Source: an uncultured Chloroflexia bacterium (GTDB taxonomy: Bacteria; Chloroflexota; Limnocylindria; Limnocylindrales; CSP1-4). From it: DNA of 64,000 nt. The stretch's first letter is position 1, and every line of letters begins with the position of its first letter. The translations under genes were made by a program, and so were the position numbers. The notes beneath the pieces are model-generated. The model was not told the origin of the DNA. It was given only the letters and a program-made list of their open reading frames with translations, and did not search any database. Location of the stretch: positions 1,200-65,199 of the forward strand of contig CAVRGY010000005.1 of NCBI GenBank assembly GCA_963720825.1, written 5' to 3'. This document shows positions 31,709 to 42,096 of the stretch, piece by piece.

Positions 31709-32723
31709 GCGACGGCCGCCGTATCGGCGGATGGCCCGCCCCGCTCGAGCGGGCGACCGGCTGCCGCCCACCGCCGTCCACGAGCCCCAGCGATCGGAGC
31801 AGCGCGACCAGCCGCTCGCGCGGCCCGTCGTCGAGCGGGAGCAGGGGTGCCCGCAGGTCGTCGCGCTCGAGCAGCCCCATCGCGACCATCGCCGCCTTTG
31901 CGGGAACCGGGTTGGGCGCGCCCTGGAAGTTGGCCCGGAACAACGGCAGCCAGCGGTCGTGGATCGCGCGCGCCCCGGCCCAGTCGCCCTCGAGCGCGGC
32001 CCGGACGAGGGCGGCCATCTCGCCCGGGATCTCGTTGCTCGCCACGGACACCACGCCGTCGCCGCCCATGGCCAGCACCGCCAGCATGGCGGCGTCGTCG
32101 CCGGCGAGGACGGCGACGTCCCGGGGCCGGTCGCGGCAGATGACCGCGATCTGCTCGATGTTGCCGCTCGCCTCCTTGACCGCGATCACGCGCGGGTGCT
32201 CGGCGAGCCGCAGGAACGTGTCGGCGGTGACGTTCGAGCCCGTCCTCGACGGCACGTTGTAGACGACGATCGGCAGCCCGCCCTCGTCGGCGACGGCGCG
32301 GAAGTGGGCGTCGAGCATCCGCTGGTCCGGCCGGTTGTAGTACGGGGTGACGATCAGCGCGGCGTCGGCGCCGAGGGCGGCCGCGCGGCGGGTGGCCTCG
32401 ATGGTCGCGCGGGTGTCGTTGGTGCCGGTGCCGGCGATCACGGCGGTGTGGTCGTGAGGCGACCGCTCGGCGACCGTCTCGATCGCGATCTCGATCAGGC
32501 GGTCGCGCTCACCGGCGGACAGCGTGGGCGCCTCGCCGGTGGTGCCGACCGGGACGACGCCGTCGATGCCCGCCATCACCTGCCATGCGACGAGCCGGCG
32601 ATAGGCGGCCTCGTCCACCTGGCCGTCGGCGGCGTACGGCGTGACGAGCGCGGTGAATGCACCGCGAAGCCGGGGCTCGAGGTGGGTCGTGGCACGGGCG
32701 GCGGGTCGTGTCGGGCCAGTCAT
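31705..32723 (-). pseudogene. dapA: 4-hydroxy-tetrahydrodipicolinate synthase; as assembled it has no stop in its own frame and reads into dapD
   Basis: Reads GAFTALVTPY...VPVGTTGEAPTLS...IAGTGTNDT...YYNRP...VYNVPSRTG...IAVKEASG. The frame stays open to 31104. The only nearby stop (TGA 31705-31707) is in another frame, which implies a C-terminal frame change. The 3' end is uncertain. Confidence 0.75.
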
Positions 32724-32747
32724 TGCGGTTCTCCTTCGGGTCGGATT

Positions 32748-33495
32748 TCAGGCGTGGACTGCGGCGGGTGCCACCGCAAGCAGGTCGTCGACGACGTCGT
32801 CGAACGGGTGAAGGCCGGGGTCCCGCGTCTCGCGGACGAGCCAGCGGGCGGCTGCGAGCGCGCCGTCGGCGTAGGCGGACCGGTCGCGCGCCGCGAGGCG
32901 CAGCTCGACGACCTCGCCCGGCGCCGTCGAAGGTCACCAGGTGCGTGCCCGGCGCCGCGCCGGCGCGGATCCCGACGACCTCGAGGGCCGGGCGATCGGC
33001 GCCGGGACCGGTAGACCACCGCGGATCCGCGGCGGCGACCCGGCGGGCCAGCGCCCTCGCGGTCCCGGACGGCCGGTCCGCCTTGCCCCGCCGGTGCCAC
33101 TCCACGATCGATGGCTCGAACGCACCGGCGGCCGCGTACCAGCCGGCCGCGACCTCGACCAGGCGCAGGAACAGCGCCGCGCCAAGCGAGAGGTTGGGGG
33201 CGACGACGGCAGCGGCGCCATGCCCCAGCAGCATCGAGCGCACCGCCGGGACGTCGTCGTCCCAGCCGGTCGCCGCGAGCACGAACGAGCGGTGCCCGGC
33301 CGCCAGCGCGTCGGCGAGGTTGCGGGTGACGGCGGCCCCGGCGGACGCATCGATCGTGACGTCCGCCGGCGGCAGCGACGCGGGACGGGTGGCGCCGGGG
33401 CGCCCGATGACGACCGGCGTGGGCCAGCCGGCTGCCAGGGCCGCGCCGGCGACCGCGCCGCCCAGCCGGCCCGGGCCGAAGATCAGGAGCTGCAT
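32748..33495 (-). pseudogene. dapB: 4-hydroxy-tetrahydrodipicolinate reductase, one frame change
   Basis: MQLLIFGPGRLGGAV...EWHRRGKADRPSGTA...GIRAGAAPGTHLVTFDGAG is followed, after a GGG run at 32917-32919, by GEVVELRLAARDRSAYADGALAAARWL...DDVVDDLL in another frame. That segment ends at TGA 32748-32750. Confidence 0.8.
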
Positions 33496-33540
33496 GCTCG
33501 AACGTCCTTCCGCGTTGGGACGCGGGTTCCGGAGGTCCGA

Positions 33541-33579
33541 GAATCACAAAGGCCGCGGCACCGTCATGGTGTCGCGGCC
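33541..33579 (-). terminator. intrinsic-terminator-like hairpin upstream of dapB
   Basis: On the minus strand, GGCCGCGACACC-ATGAC-GGTGCCGCGGCC (12-bp stem, one mismatch) is followed by TTTGTGATTC. Confidence 0.5.
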
Positions 33580-33758
33580 CCTCGGCGCCTCCGTTCCCGG
33601 AGGCCCCGATGATCGTCGCTCGCGCGCCGTCAGAGCCCCAGGGCCCGAGCCTTCCGGCGGGGCCGCCAGAGCTTCTTCTTGGCGTCGAAGCTGACGGTGG
33701 TGCGCAACATGGTCGGCGCAGTGTGCCCCATCGGGCCGCCACGTGCAACCATTTCCGG

Positions 33759-34355
33759 ATGACGCCGCCGCGCAATCGCCAGCGACCTCCGGGCGACACC
33801 GGGCTGGTGGCCGCCGTGGTCGACGGGCCGTGGGGCCCGGTCCGGATCGCCGCCGGACCCGGAGGCGTGGTTGCCGTGGCGATGCTCTCGAGCGTGGACG
33901 ACTTCGAAGCCGGGCTGCTGCGACGCCGGCTGGGCACCCCGGAGCCCTTCGCCGCCGCACCCGACGGCGCGGCCCGGAGCCACGCGAAGATGGCGGTCGA
34001 CCTGATCGGTCGCGCCATGACGGGCGAGGAGGTCCCGCTCGATGCCATCGCCGTCGACATCTCGGACCGGCCGGAATGGGACCGCCTCGTGCTGGGGGCC
34101 GTCCGAGCCATCCCGCGCGGCCAGGTAGCCAGCTACGGCGAGGTGGCGCGGCGGATCGGTCGCCGTGGCGCCGCACGGGCCGTCGGGGGCGCCGTGGGCC
34201 GCAACCCGGTCGGGCTGCTGATCCCCTGCCATCGCGTGATCGCCGGCGACGGCAGCCTCGGCGGCTACGGCGTGGCGGCCTGGGGCGGCGTGGAGGCGGC
34301 GCTCGCGCTCAAGCGTGAGCTGCTGGCGCTCGAGGGCGTGAACCTCAAGCGCTGA
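33759..34355 (+). CDS. ogt: methylated-DNA-protein-cysteine methyltransferase
   Basis: Reads IPRGQVASYGEVARRIGRRGAARAVGGAVGRNPVGLLIPCHRVI (PCHRV active site). Start is an internal ATG of the 248-aa ORF. Confidence 0.85.
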   Translation: MTPPRNRQRPPGDTGLVAAVVDGPWGPVRIAAGPGGVVAVAMLSSVDDFEAGLLRRRLGTPEPFAAAPDGAARSHAKMAVDLIGRAMTGEEVPLDAIAVDISDRPEWDRLVLGAVRAIPRGQVASYGEVARRIGRRGAARAVGGAVGRNPVGLLIPCHRVIAGDGSLGGYGVAAWGGVEAALALKRELLALEGVNLKR

Positions 34356-34490
34356 GCGTCCACGGACCGTACACTTCCCGCCAGCCCAGGCGCCCCGGCT
34401 CCGTCACCCGTTGCCGCAGAGACACGCGCGCTGGCCATAGGGACGAGCAAGAATGCGGCACACGACCGGGCTTCCGTGCGGGGACAGGTC

Positions 34491-36312
34491 ATGAGCGAGG
34501 CCATGCAGGCCACCCAGCCCATCTCCCCGACCGCGGTGTTCCGGAAGCGCGACTTCAGGCTGATGTGGATCGCGCAGCTGGTCTCCACCGCCGGCTCGTC
34601 GCTGACCGACCTGGCCGCCGCGATCTACGTCTACGACAGGACCGGCTCGGCATTCCTGGTCGGCGTGACGCTGATGGTCACGGCCGTGCCCAGCCTGATC
34701 GTGGGCCTGGTCGCCGGCGTGTTCGTGGATCGCTACGACCGGCGCACGATCATGCTGGCGAGCAACCTCGGACAGGCGGTGATCGTCGCATCGATCCCGT
34801 TCCTGATCGGCCTGGACGTGTCGCTGCTGTTCGTCGCGCTCCTCTTGAACGCGGGTGTCAAGCAGTTCTTCGACCCCGCCTACGAGAGCATCATTCCCGA
34901 GATCGCGAGCGACGAGGAGCTCGCCGCGGCCAACGCCTACCTCTCGATCGCGTCGTTCGGCTCGACCGCGATCGGGTTCGCCGGAGCGGGCCTGCTGGCG
35001 TCCGCGTTCAACATCAACTGGGCGTTCTGGATCGACGCCCTCACCTTCCTGTTCTCGGCCGGCTGCATCTTGCTGCTCAAGCGTCCGCTCGAAGATCGAG
35101 GTCGAGGAGGAAACCTCGATCGGCGTGGTGATCACCAACCTCAAGTCCGGGGTCCTGGCCATCGCCCGGACGCCGATGCTGCGCTCGCTGTTCCTGCTCG
35201 GCGCACCCATCTTCTTCGTGTTCGGACTGTGGAATGTGCTGCTGCTCCCGATGGCAATCCGGGAGCTGCACGCAACCGAGTTCGAGTACGGGATCCAGGA
35301 GGGCCTGACCTCGGTCGGATTCGTGGTCGGCAGCCTGTTCATGGCCCGCTACAGCGACCGGCTCCAGACCGGGCTGTGGGTGTTCATCGGGTCCGCCGGG
35401 ATGGGCATCGCAGGCCTGTTCTACGCGATCTCGCCGGTGATCTGGATCGCGATCCTGTGGGCGATGGTCAGCGGCTTCTTCAACTCTCCGTCGTCGGTCG
35501 CCCGCCAGACCCTGCTCCAGCGGAACACGCCGCGCGAGATGCGCGGACGCGTGTTCTCGGGCCTGTTCGTGATGCGCGACGTGATCTTCCTGGCCGGGAT
35601 GGCGTGCGCCGGGCTTGCCGACGTCGTGGACGTGCGCGTGCTCCTTGGCCTCGTCGGCGTGGTAACGCTCGGAGTCGGCGTGGTGGCGCTGTTCGCGCCG
35701 GGAATCGGACGGCCGGCGGCCGAGTGGCGGCGCGGCCTGACCGCACTGCGGGCTGCCCGCGCGGCCGGCGACGCGGTGGCGCGACCCGCTACCCCTGCGG
35801 ATTTCGACCGCCTGGTCGGCCGGCTGGCGACGTTCAGCCTGCTGAACAACGCACAGCGAGCCGCGTTCATCAAGGACGCGGTCGTGCGCGAGGTCCCGGC
35901 GGACACCCGGCTCGTCACGCACGGCGAGCAGGCCAACGCCGCGTTCTTCATCCTCAAGGGCGAGGCCGCCGCCGGCGTCCCCGATGCCGAGGGTGGCTAC
36001 CGCGGCCTGTCGACGATGGGCGAGGGCGACTTCTTCGGCGAGATCGCGGCGCTCACCGGGAGCGCGCGGACGGCTGACGTGGTGGCCTCGCGGCCGAGCA
36101 CGCTCATCGAGGTCCCGGCCGCTGCCCTCCGCGGCGTCATGGACGTGCCCGAGGTGAACAAGCTGCTGCTGTCGACGCTGACCGAGCGGCTGCTGCGCAC
36201 CAACCAGCCCGACCTGCCGCGGCTTGCCTCGATGGACCAGGCCGCGCTGCGCGACCTGCGGACGAAGATCCCGACCGTCGAGTCACTGCCCAAGGCGTAC
36301 TCGGAGAGCTGA
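34491..36312 (+). pseudogene. MFS transporter fused to a C-terminal cyclic-nucleotide-binding domain; one frame change
   Basis: About 12 TM segments are split at about 35085 (LLLKRP / KIEVEEETSIG). The C-terminal part reads FFILKGEAAAG...GEGDFFGEIAALTGSARTADVVA, a cNMP-binding fold. Confidence 0.75.
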
Positions 36313-36327
36313 GCCGGCGGGGGCGAG

Positions 36328-36954
36328 CTAGGACCGGGGCACCGGCCGCATCGGGTAGACGCCGACGACCACCGGCGTGCACGGGTCCAGCGACAGCTCG
36401 TACCCGACGTCGCCACCGGACAGCAGCTCGGCCATCAGCCGGCCCTCGGGCGCGGGGAGGCCGACATACAGGCGCTCGCCGCCGACCCGGATGGGCGTGA
36501 CGTCATCCTCGACGCCGTTGATCCCGAACCTGCGCCGCAGCTCGTGCATCGGCACCCAGGTCCGGCTCTTGATGAACCGGCGCAGCTGGGCGACCGTGCA
36601 GGTCGGACGGGCATCGGGCCCGGCTGCCGGCAGGCCCGGCGCCTCGTGCTGACCGGCTCGGTCCGACGACGCAACGTCCGCGGCCACGGCCCGTTCGGGG
36701 CGAAGGTGCTCCCGCTCGCGCGCATCGGCCACCGCCGCCGAGCGGTCGTGCGTCAGCGCGGACCCGGTGATGACCTCGGGCGGATGCAGCTCGAACGGCT
36801 GGGGCTCCGGGATCAGCGATGCCGCAGGGTCCGCCGAGGAGAGCGGTTCCGTGGTCGCCGCGAACGGGCGGTCCGGCGTGGCGCTCGCGGGCCTGGCGGA
36901 CCTGGGCGACCCGTGCGCATGCGGGGATCGACCGTGCCGCGCGCGGCGGCTCAT
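36328..36954 (-). CDS. hypothetical protein; low-complexity N-terminus and a compact C-terminal domain (winged-helix-like?)
   Basis: The C-terminal 100 aa read CTVAQLRRFIKSRTWVPMHELRRRFGINGVEDDVTPIRVGGERLYVGLPAPEGRLMAELL. It is last in the minus-strand string after the M24 peptidase. The start is uncertain. Confidence 0.4.
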   Translation of the reverse strand: MSRRARHGRSPHAHGSPRSARPASATPDRPFAATTEPLSSADPAASLIPEPQPFELHPPEVITGSALTHDRSAAVADAREREHLRPERAVAADVASSDRAGQHEAPGLPAAGPDARPTCTVAQLRRFIKSRTWVPMHELRRRFGINGVEDDVTPIRVGGERLYVGLPAPEGRLMAELLSGGDVGYELSLDPCTPVVVGVYPMRPVPRS

Positions 36955-37098
36955 TGGTGCGAGTCACGCGGACGGGCGGTCCGCGCGGGAAGGATCGACA
37001 TGGCTGGGCTCTCGACGTTCGGTCGAGGTGGCGACCGATCGAGGGATGATACCGCGCCACGGCCCAGAGCGCCGGTTGCCGGACGATCGGCGTGCGCG

Positions 37099-38274
37099 TC
37101 AGCCGTCGACGACGAGGAGACCCCGGGGTGCCTCGTTGAGCACGAGCGGGCCCGTGTCCCCACACACGACGATGTCCTCGATCCGGGCCCCGTACCGGCC
37201 CTCGAGGTAGATCCCGGGCTCCACCGAGAAGGCCATCCCGGGCTCGAGCGCATGGGCGCTGCCCTCGACGATGTACGGCTCCTCGTGGCCCTCGAGCCCG
37301 ATCCCGTGCCCGGTCCGGTGGAAGAAGCTCGGGCCATATCCGGCGTCCGTGATGATCCCGCGTGCGACGGCGTCGATCCGCTCGGCCGCCACGCCCGGGC
37401 GGACCGCCGCGGTCGCCGCTTCCTGCGCCCCGCGGAGCACCTCGTACAGGTGCCGGAACGGCTCGTCGGGACCCGACGCGGGATCGCCGCCCGTCACCCA
37501 CAGGGTGCGCGTGATGTCGCTGCCGTAGCCGGCGACGGTGCCGCCGATGTCGAGCACGATCGGGTCGCCGGGGGCGATCACCCGGTCGCCCGGATCGTGG
37601 TGCGGAGACGCGCTGTTGGGCCCCGAGGCCACGATCCAGAACTCGGCCCCGTCGTGGCCCTCGGCGACGAGGCGCTCTCGGACCTCGCGCGCGACGTCGG
37701 CCTCGGTGCGCCCCACGAGGCGCCCGGCCGCGATCGCCGCAACCACGCGATCGGCCGCGTGGGCCGCGCGCCGGAGGAGCTCGATCTCGTCGGCGTCCTT
37801 GCGCATCCGGAGCCCCGCCAGCACCGTCGAGGCCAGCGAGAAGGCCGCCCCGGGAAGGACGCGCTGGAGACCGAGCACGAACGCCGCACGCAGCCCGTCC
37901 GACACCGCGACGGCGCGCACACCGGCCGGCTCGACACGGAGCGCCTCGCCGAGGCGTGCCGCGACCAGGTCCAGCGGATCCTCGGTCTCCTCCCATGTCT
38001 CCACGACCACCGCGCCGCCGACGGTCGCCGGGCAGGTCCGTGCGGGCGTCGCCTCGAGCCGAGGGGCGATCAGGGTCGCCGGCGCCGCGTCGGACGTGGG
38101 CAGGACGAGCAGGGTCAGCCGCTCGAGCGCCATCGCGTCGTAGCCGGTCAGGTATCGCAGGTCGGCCCCGACACCGATCAGGAGGCCGTCGAGACCGGCG
38201 GACGCGGCGGCCCGCCGGGCGGCTGCCAGGCGGTCGGCGTAGCGCGCGGCTGGGATGCCATCGCGACTGCTCAT
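37099..38274 (-). CDS. M24-family Xaa-Pro aminopeptidase/dipeptidase
   Basis: Reads DIGGTVAGYGSDITRT, HRTGHGIGLEGHEEP, SVEPGIY and RIEDIV, the M24B metal ligands. The ATG overlaps the upstream stop as ATGA. Confidence 0.88.
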   Translation of the reverse strand: MSSRDGIPAARYADRLAAARRAAASAGLDGLLIGVGADLRYLTGYDAMALERLTLLVLPTSDAAPATLIAPRLEATPARTCPATVGGAVVVETWEETEDPLDLVAARLGEALRVEPAGVRAVAVSDGLRAAFVLGLQRVLPGAAFSLASTVLAGLRMRKDADEIELLRRAAHAADRVVAAIAAGRLVGRTEADVAREVRERLVAEGHDGAEFWIVASGPNSASPHHDPGDRVIAPGDPIVLDIGGTVAGYGSDITRTLWVTGGDPASGPDEPFRHLYEVLRGAQEAATAAVRPGVAAERIDAVARGIITDAGYGPSFFHRTGHGIGLEGHEEPYIVEGSAHALEPGMAFSVEPGIYLEGRYGARIEDIVVCGDTGPLVLNEAPRGLLVVDG

Positions 38275-38666
38275 GCCCGTGTGTCCCCCGGTGCCAGGCC
38301 CGCCAGCCACGCCGCCAGCACCCGATCGCCACGCTCGAACAGGACCCGGTAGGGGTGCACGCGCGACGCGCCGGCGGCGAGAGCCGCCCGTCGGAGCTCG
38401 GCTGCCTCGTGCGGAGCCAGGGCGATCGCGGGCACGCCGCCCGTCGCCGCGGCGCGGAGCACCTCGAGCGGATCGTAGGCACGGGCGGACGTGTCGACGA
38501 TCACGCCGTCGACGCCGGACATTCCCGCTGCGACCGCGCCGGCCGCTCGAACGGTCACGGGGTCGGCACCCGCGCGGCGCAGGCCGTCGGCCAGCCGGGT
38601 CGACCAGATCAGGTCGTCCGCGACGACCGCGATCCGCGGCCGCCGGTCACCGGCGGCGCCGCTCAC
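38271..38666 (-). CDS. hypothetical protein, receiver (CheY)-fold-like
   Basis: 131 aa with a RIAVVADDLIW...VDGVIVDTS...PAIALAPH pattern. It has GTGA and ATGA overlaps with both neighbours. Confidence 0.4.
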   Translation of the reverse strand: MSGAAGDRRPRIAVVADDLIWSTRLADGLRRAGADPVTVRAAGAVAAGMSGVDGVIVDTSARAYDPLEVLRAAATGGVPAIALAPHEAAELRRAALAAGASRVHPYRVLFERGDRVLAAWLAGLAPGDTRA

Positions 38667-39163
38667 CCCAGGAGCGAGACGATGTGGCGGAACACGTCGG
38701 CGGCCGTCAGGACGCCGGTGGGGCGGTCACCGTCCACGATCGGCAGGTGTCGGAACCCGCCGACCGCCATCTTGTTGATGGCGACCGCGACCGTGTCCTC
38801 GTGACGGAGCACGACGGGATCGGCGGTCATGAAGTCCCGCACCTTGAACAGGCCGAGTCGCTTGTCGACCGCCTTCACCGAGGCGTCCCGGTCCGTGAAG
38901 ATGCCGATCAGGCGACCGTCCTCGCACACGAGCAGGCAGTCCGAGTCCGACCCGTGCATCGCGCGAATGGCGTCGGCCACCGGGAAGCCGGGCTCGACGA
39001 TCTGCGGGTGGCTGATCGGGAGGGCGTCGACGCGCTCGCCCAGGACGTTGCCGTCATCCTCGGCCAGGGGTGGCCGGGTATCGCTGCTGGCGAGGTCGGC
39101 GCCACAGTTCGCGCACAGGGCCTCACCCTCGAAGTTGTCGTGTCGGCATACGGGGCAGAGCAT
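38663..39163 (-). CDS. zinc-ribbon plus CBS-pair domain protein
   Basis: MLCPVCRHDNFEGEALCANCGADL is followed by two CBS motifs (CLLVCEDGRLIGIFTDRD ; FRHLPIVDGDRPTGVLTAADV). Confidence 0.8.
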   Translation of the reverse strand: MLCPVCRHDNFEGEALCANCGADLASSDTRPPLAEDDGNVLGERVDALPISHPQIVEPGFPVADAIRAMHGSDSDCLLVCEDGRLIGIFTDRDASVKAVDKRLGLFKVRDFMTADPVVLRHEDTVAVAINKMAVGGFRHLPIVDGDRPTGVLTAADVFRHIVSLLG

Positions 39164-39167
39164 CTGG

Positions 39168-40229
39168 CTACTCCACGGTCCAGGTCTCGCCGGCAAGCAG
39201 GACCTGTTCGAGGTCTCCCTCGCCGGACTTCTCGATGGCGGTGCGCATCTGTGCCTCGAGCAGGTCCGAGAGGATGGGGCGATCGACGTCGCGGAGCACG
39301 CCGACCGGAACGGGGAACTCCGGCCAGAACATCCGCGACAGGATGAGCGCGAGATAGGGATCCTCGGCATGCGCGTCGTGGACGACGAGGTCGTCCTCGG
39401 TGACGCCGTTCTCCCCGAGGGTGACCACCTCGGGATGCAGGCCGTTGAGCCGGATCCCCTTGTCGCGGTCCTTGCCGAAGATCAGGGGCTTGCCGTGCTC
39501 CAGCACGAGCATCCGATCGTCGCGCACCTCGCGGTCGGTGAACTCGCGCCACGCGCCGTCGTTGAAGATGTTGCAGTTCTGGAGCACCTCCACGAACGAG
39601 GCGCCGCGGTGGCGGCCGGCACCCTCGAGCGTGTGCTGAAGATGCTCGGTGTGGTTGTCCACGGTGCGCGCCACGAACGTGGCCTCGGCGGCCAGCGCGA
39701 TCGTGAGCGGCATGATCGGGCGGTCGATCGAGCCCAGCGGCGTGGACTTGGTGCGCTTGCCGAACTCCGACGTGGGCGACGTCTGGCCCTTGGTCAGGCC
39801 GTAGATCCGGTTGTTGTGCATGACCATCGTGAAGTCGACGTTCCGGCGCATCGAGTGCAGGAAGTGGTTGCCGCCGATCGACAGTGCGTCGCCGTCACCG
39901 GTGATCACCCAGACCATGAGGTCCGGCCGCACGATCCGCAGCCCGGTGGCAAGCGTGGCGGCGCGCCCGTGGATCGAATGGAACCCGAACGTGTTCATGT
40001 AGTAGGGCAGCCGGCCCGAGCAGCCGATGCCGGAGATGAACACGATGTTCTCGCGCGGCACGCCGAAGTCCGGCATGACCTTCTGGGTCTGGGCGAGGAT
40101 CGAGTAGTCGCCGCAGCCCGGGCACCAGCGGACCTCCTGGTCGGACACGAAGTCCTTCCGCGTCAGCTGCACCGGCTGCGTGTCGAGCAGGCCGGGGATC
40201 GCTGAGTGACCGGTTGCCTTGTCGGTCAT
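39168..40229 (-). CDS. korB: 2-oxoglutarate:ferredoxin oxidoreductase beta subunit
   Basis: Reads RWCPGCGDYSIL, GIGCSGRLPYY and VITGDGDALSIGGNHFLH (ThDP-binding). The ATG overlaps the korA stop as ATGA. Confidence 0.92.
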   Translation of the reverse strand: MTDKATGHSAIPGLLDTQPVQLTRKDFVSDQEVRWCPGCGDYSILAQTQKVMPDFGVPRENIVFISGIGCSGRLPYYMNTFGFHSIHGRAATLATGLRIVRPDLMVWVITGDGDALSIGGNHFLHSMRRNVDFTMVMHNNRIYGLTKGQTSPTSEFGKRTKSTPLGSIDRPIMPLTIALAAEATFVARTVDNHTEHLQHTLEGAGRHRGASFVEVLQNCNIFNDGAWREFTDREVRDDRMLVLEHGKPLIFGKDRDKGIRLNGLHPEVVTLGENGVTEDDLVVHDAHAEDPYLALILSRMFWPEFPVPVGVLRDVDRPILSDLLEAQMRTAIEKSGEGDLEQVLLAGETWTVE

Positions 40230-42096
40230 CGGGCAGCCTCCCCCTCGTCGAGCACGCGCTGGGCCTCGTCCACGATCTCCTGGATCCGGAACGGCTTGCC
40301 CCGCACCCGGCCGTAGCTGATGGCATCGACCAGGTAGTTGCCACGGAGCAGGAACCACAGCTGGCCGAGGTTGATCTCGGGCACCAGCACGCGCCGGTAG
40401 CCGCGTAGCACGTCGCCGGTGTTGGCGGGGAACGGGTTGAGGTACCGCAGGTGCGCGTGGGCCACCGACCGACCACTCGCCTGGAGCCGCTCGGCGGCGC
40501 TTCGCAGCGCCCCGTAGGTCGACCCCCAGCCGATGATCAGCAGGTCGCCGTGGTCGGGTCCGAACACGTCGAGCGGCGGGATGTCGCCGGCGATCCGGGC
40601 CACCTTCTCGGCCCGCAGCAGCGACATCCGGTGGTGGTTGTCGGGGTCGTAGGACACGTTGCCCAGGCCGTCCGCCTTCTCGAGCCCGCCGATCCTGTGC
40701 TCCAGGCCGGCAGTCCCGGGCACCGCCCACGGCCGGGCGAGGGTCTCGGGGTCCCGGGAATACGGCAGGAACGTCCCCTCACCGCGTACGGCGTTGGCGA
40801 CCGAGATGTCCGGCAGGTCGGCCAGGGCCGGGACACGCCATGGCTCCGCCCCGTTGGCGACCGATGCGTCCGAGAGATACGCAACCGGCGTCATGTACTT
40901 GAGCGCCAGGCGCGATGCCTCGATCGCCATCGAGAAGCATTCACCCGGGGTGGCGGGCGCCACGATCGGCATCGGCGACTCGCCGTTGCGGCCGAACATG
41001 ACCTGCATCAGGTCCGCCTGCTCGACCTTGGTCGGCAGGCCGGTTGACGGGCCGGCGCGCTGGACGTTGACGATGACCATGGGAAGCTCGGTCATCACCG
41101 CCAGGCCCATGGCCTCCGTCTTGAGCGCGAGCCCGGGCCCGGAGGTGCCGGTCAGCGCCAGCGCCCCGCCGTACGCCGCGCCGATCGTCGCGCCCATGGC
41201 GGCGATCTCGTCCTCGGCCTGGAACGTCTTGACCCCGAACGCCTTGTAGCCCGAGAGCTGGTGGAGGATGTCCGACGCCGGCGTGATCGGGTACGAGCCG
41301 TAGAACAGCGGGCGCTTCGCGGCCTGCGCCGCCGCCAGGAAGCCGAGCGCCGTCGCCTCGTTGCCGGTGATGTTGCGGTACGTGCCGGGGGAAGCTTTGC
41401 CTTCGGCACCCGGTACGTCGTGTGGAACATCTCGGTCGTCTCGCCGTAGGCATAGCCGGCCTTGAGCGCCCTGCGGTTCGCCTCGGCGATCACCGGGCGA
41501 GCGCCGAACTTCTCCTCGATCCAGCGGAGGGTGGGGTCCATGCTCCGCTCGTACAGCCAGAACATCAGGCCCAGCGCGAAGAAGTTCTTGGTCAGGTCGA
41601 TCTGCTTGCTCGACATCTCGAGCCCGTCGAGCGCCAGCGCGTTGAGGGTGCTGATCGGGACCTCGAACAGCGTGTACTGCTTGAGCGAGCCGTCGGTGAG
41701 CGGGTTCTCGGCGTACGCGGCCTTGCTCAGGTTGTGGGCGGAGAAGGCGTCGCGGTTGACGATCAGCGCGCCGCCCGCCGGCAGGTCGCCGATGTTCGTC
41801 TTGAGCGCGGCCGGGTTCATCGCGACCAGGACGTCGGGCGCATCACCAGGGGTGTGGATGTCCGAGGCCGAGAAGCTGATCTGGAACCCCGACACGCCGG
41901 GCAGCGAGCCGGCGGGAGCACGGATCTCGGCCGGGTAGTCCGGGAAGGTGCTGATGTCGTTGCCGAAGACCGCAGCGGTCCTGGTGAACTGGGTCCCGGT
42001 GAGCTGCATCCCGTCGCCGGAGTCGCCGGCGAACCGGATGGTGACCCGGTCGAGCTCCTGGACGTCGTGCTCGATCGGCTGTGCGGGTGTCGTCAT
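40226..42096 (-). pseudogene. korA: 2-oxoglutarate:ferredoxin oxidoreductase alpha subunit; one frame change
   Basis: The N-terminal half is VTIRFAGDSGDGMQLTGTQF...TTYRVPKAKLPP. The C-terminal half is TYRNITGNEATALG (unlisted frame segment) ...MGATIGAAYGGALALTGTSGPGLALKTEAMG. The shift is at the C/G run 41385-41391. Confidence 0.88.

Noticed and set aside
31104-32723. Apparent 539-aa DapA-DapD fusion ORF.
   Set aside because: DapD motifs downstream are spread over three frames. A GTGA start/stop junction typical of separate genes is still visible at 31705-31708. The read-through therefore results from a frame break rather than a fusion.
33496-33629. Possible lysine riboswitch in front of dapB.
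   Set aside because: The leader is only about 130 nt. It lacks the conserved L-box core elements I remember, such as the AGAGGNGC start and the five-helix junction. The hairpins are better described as a simple terminator or leader.
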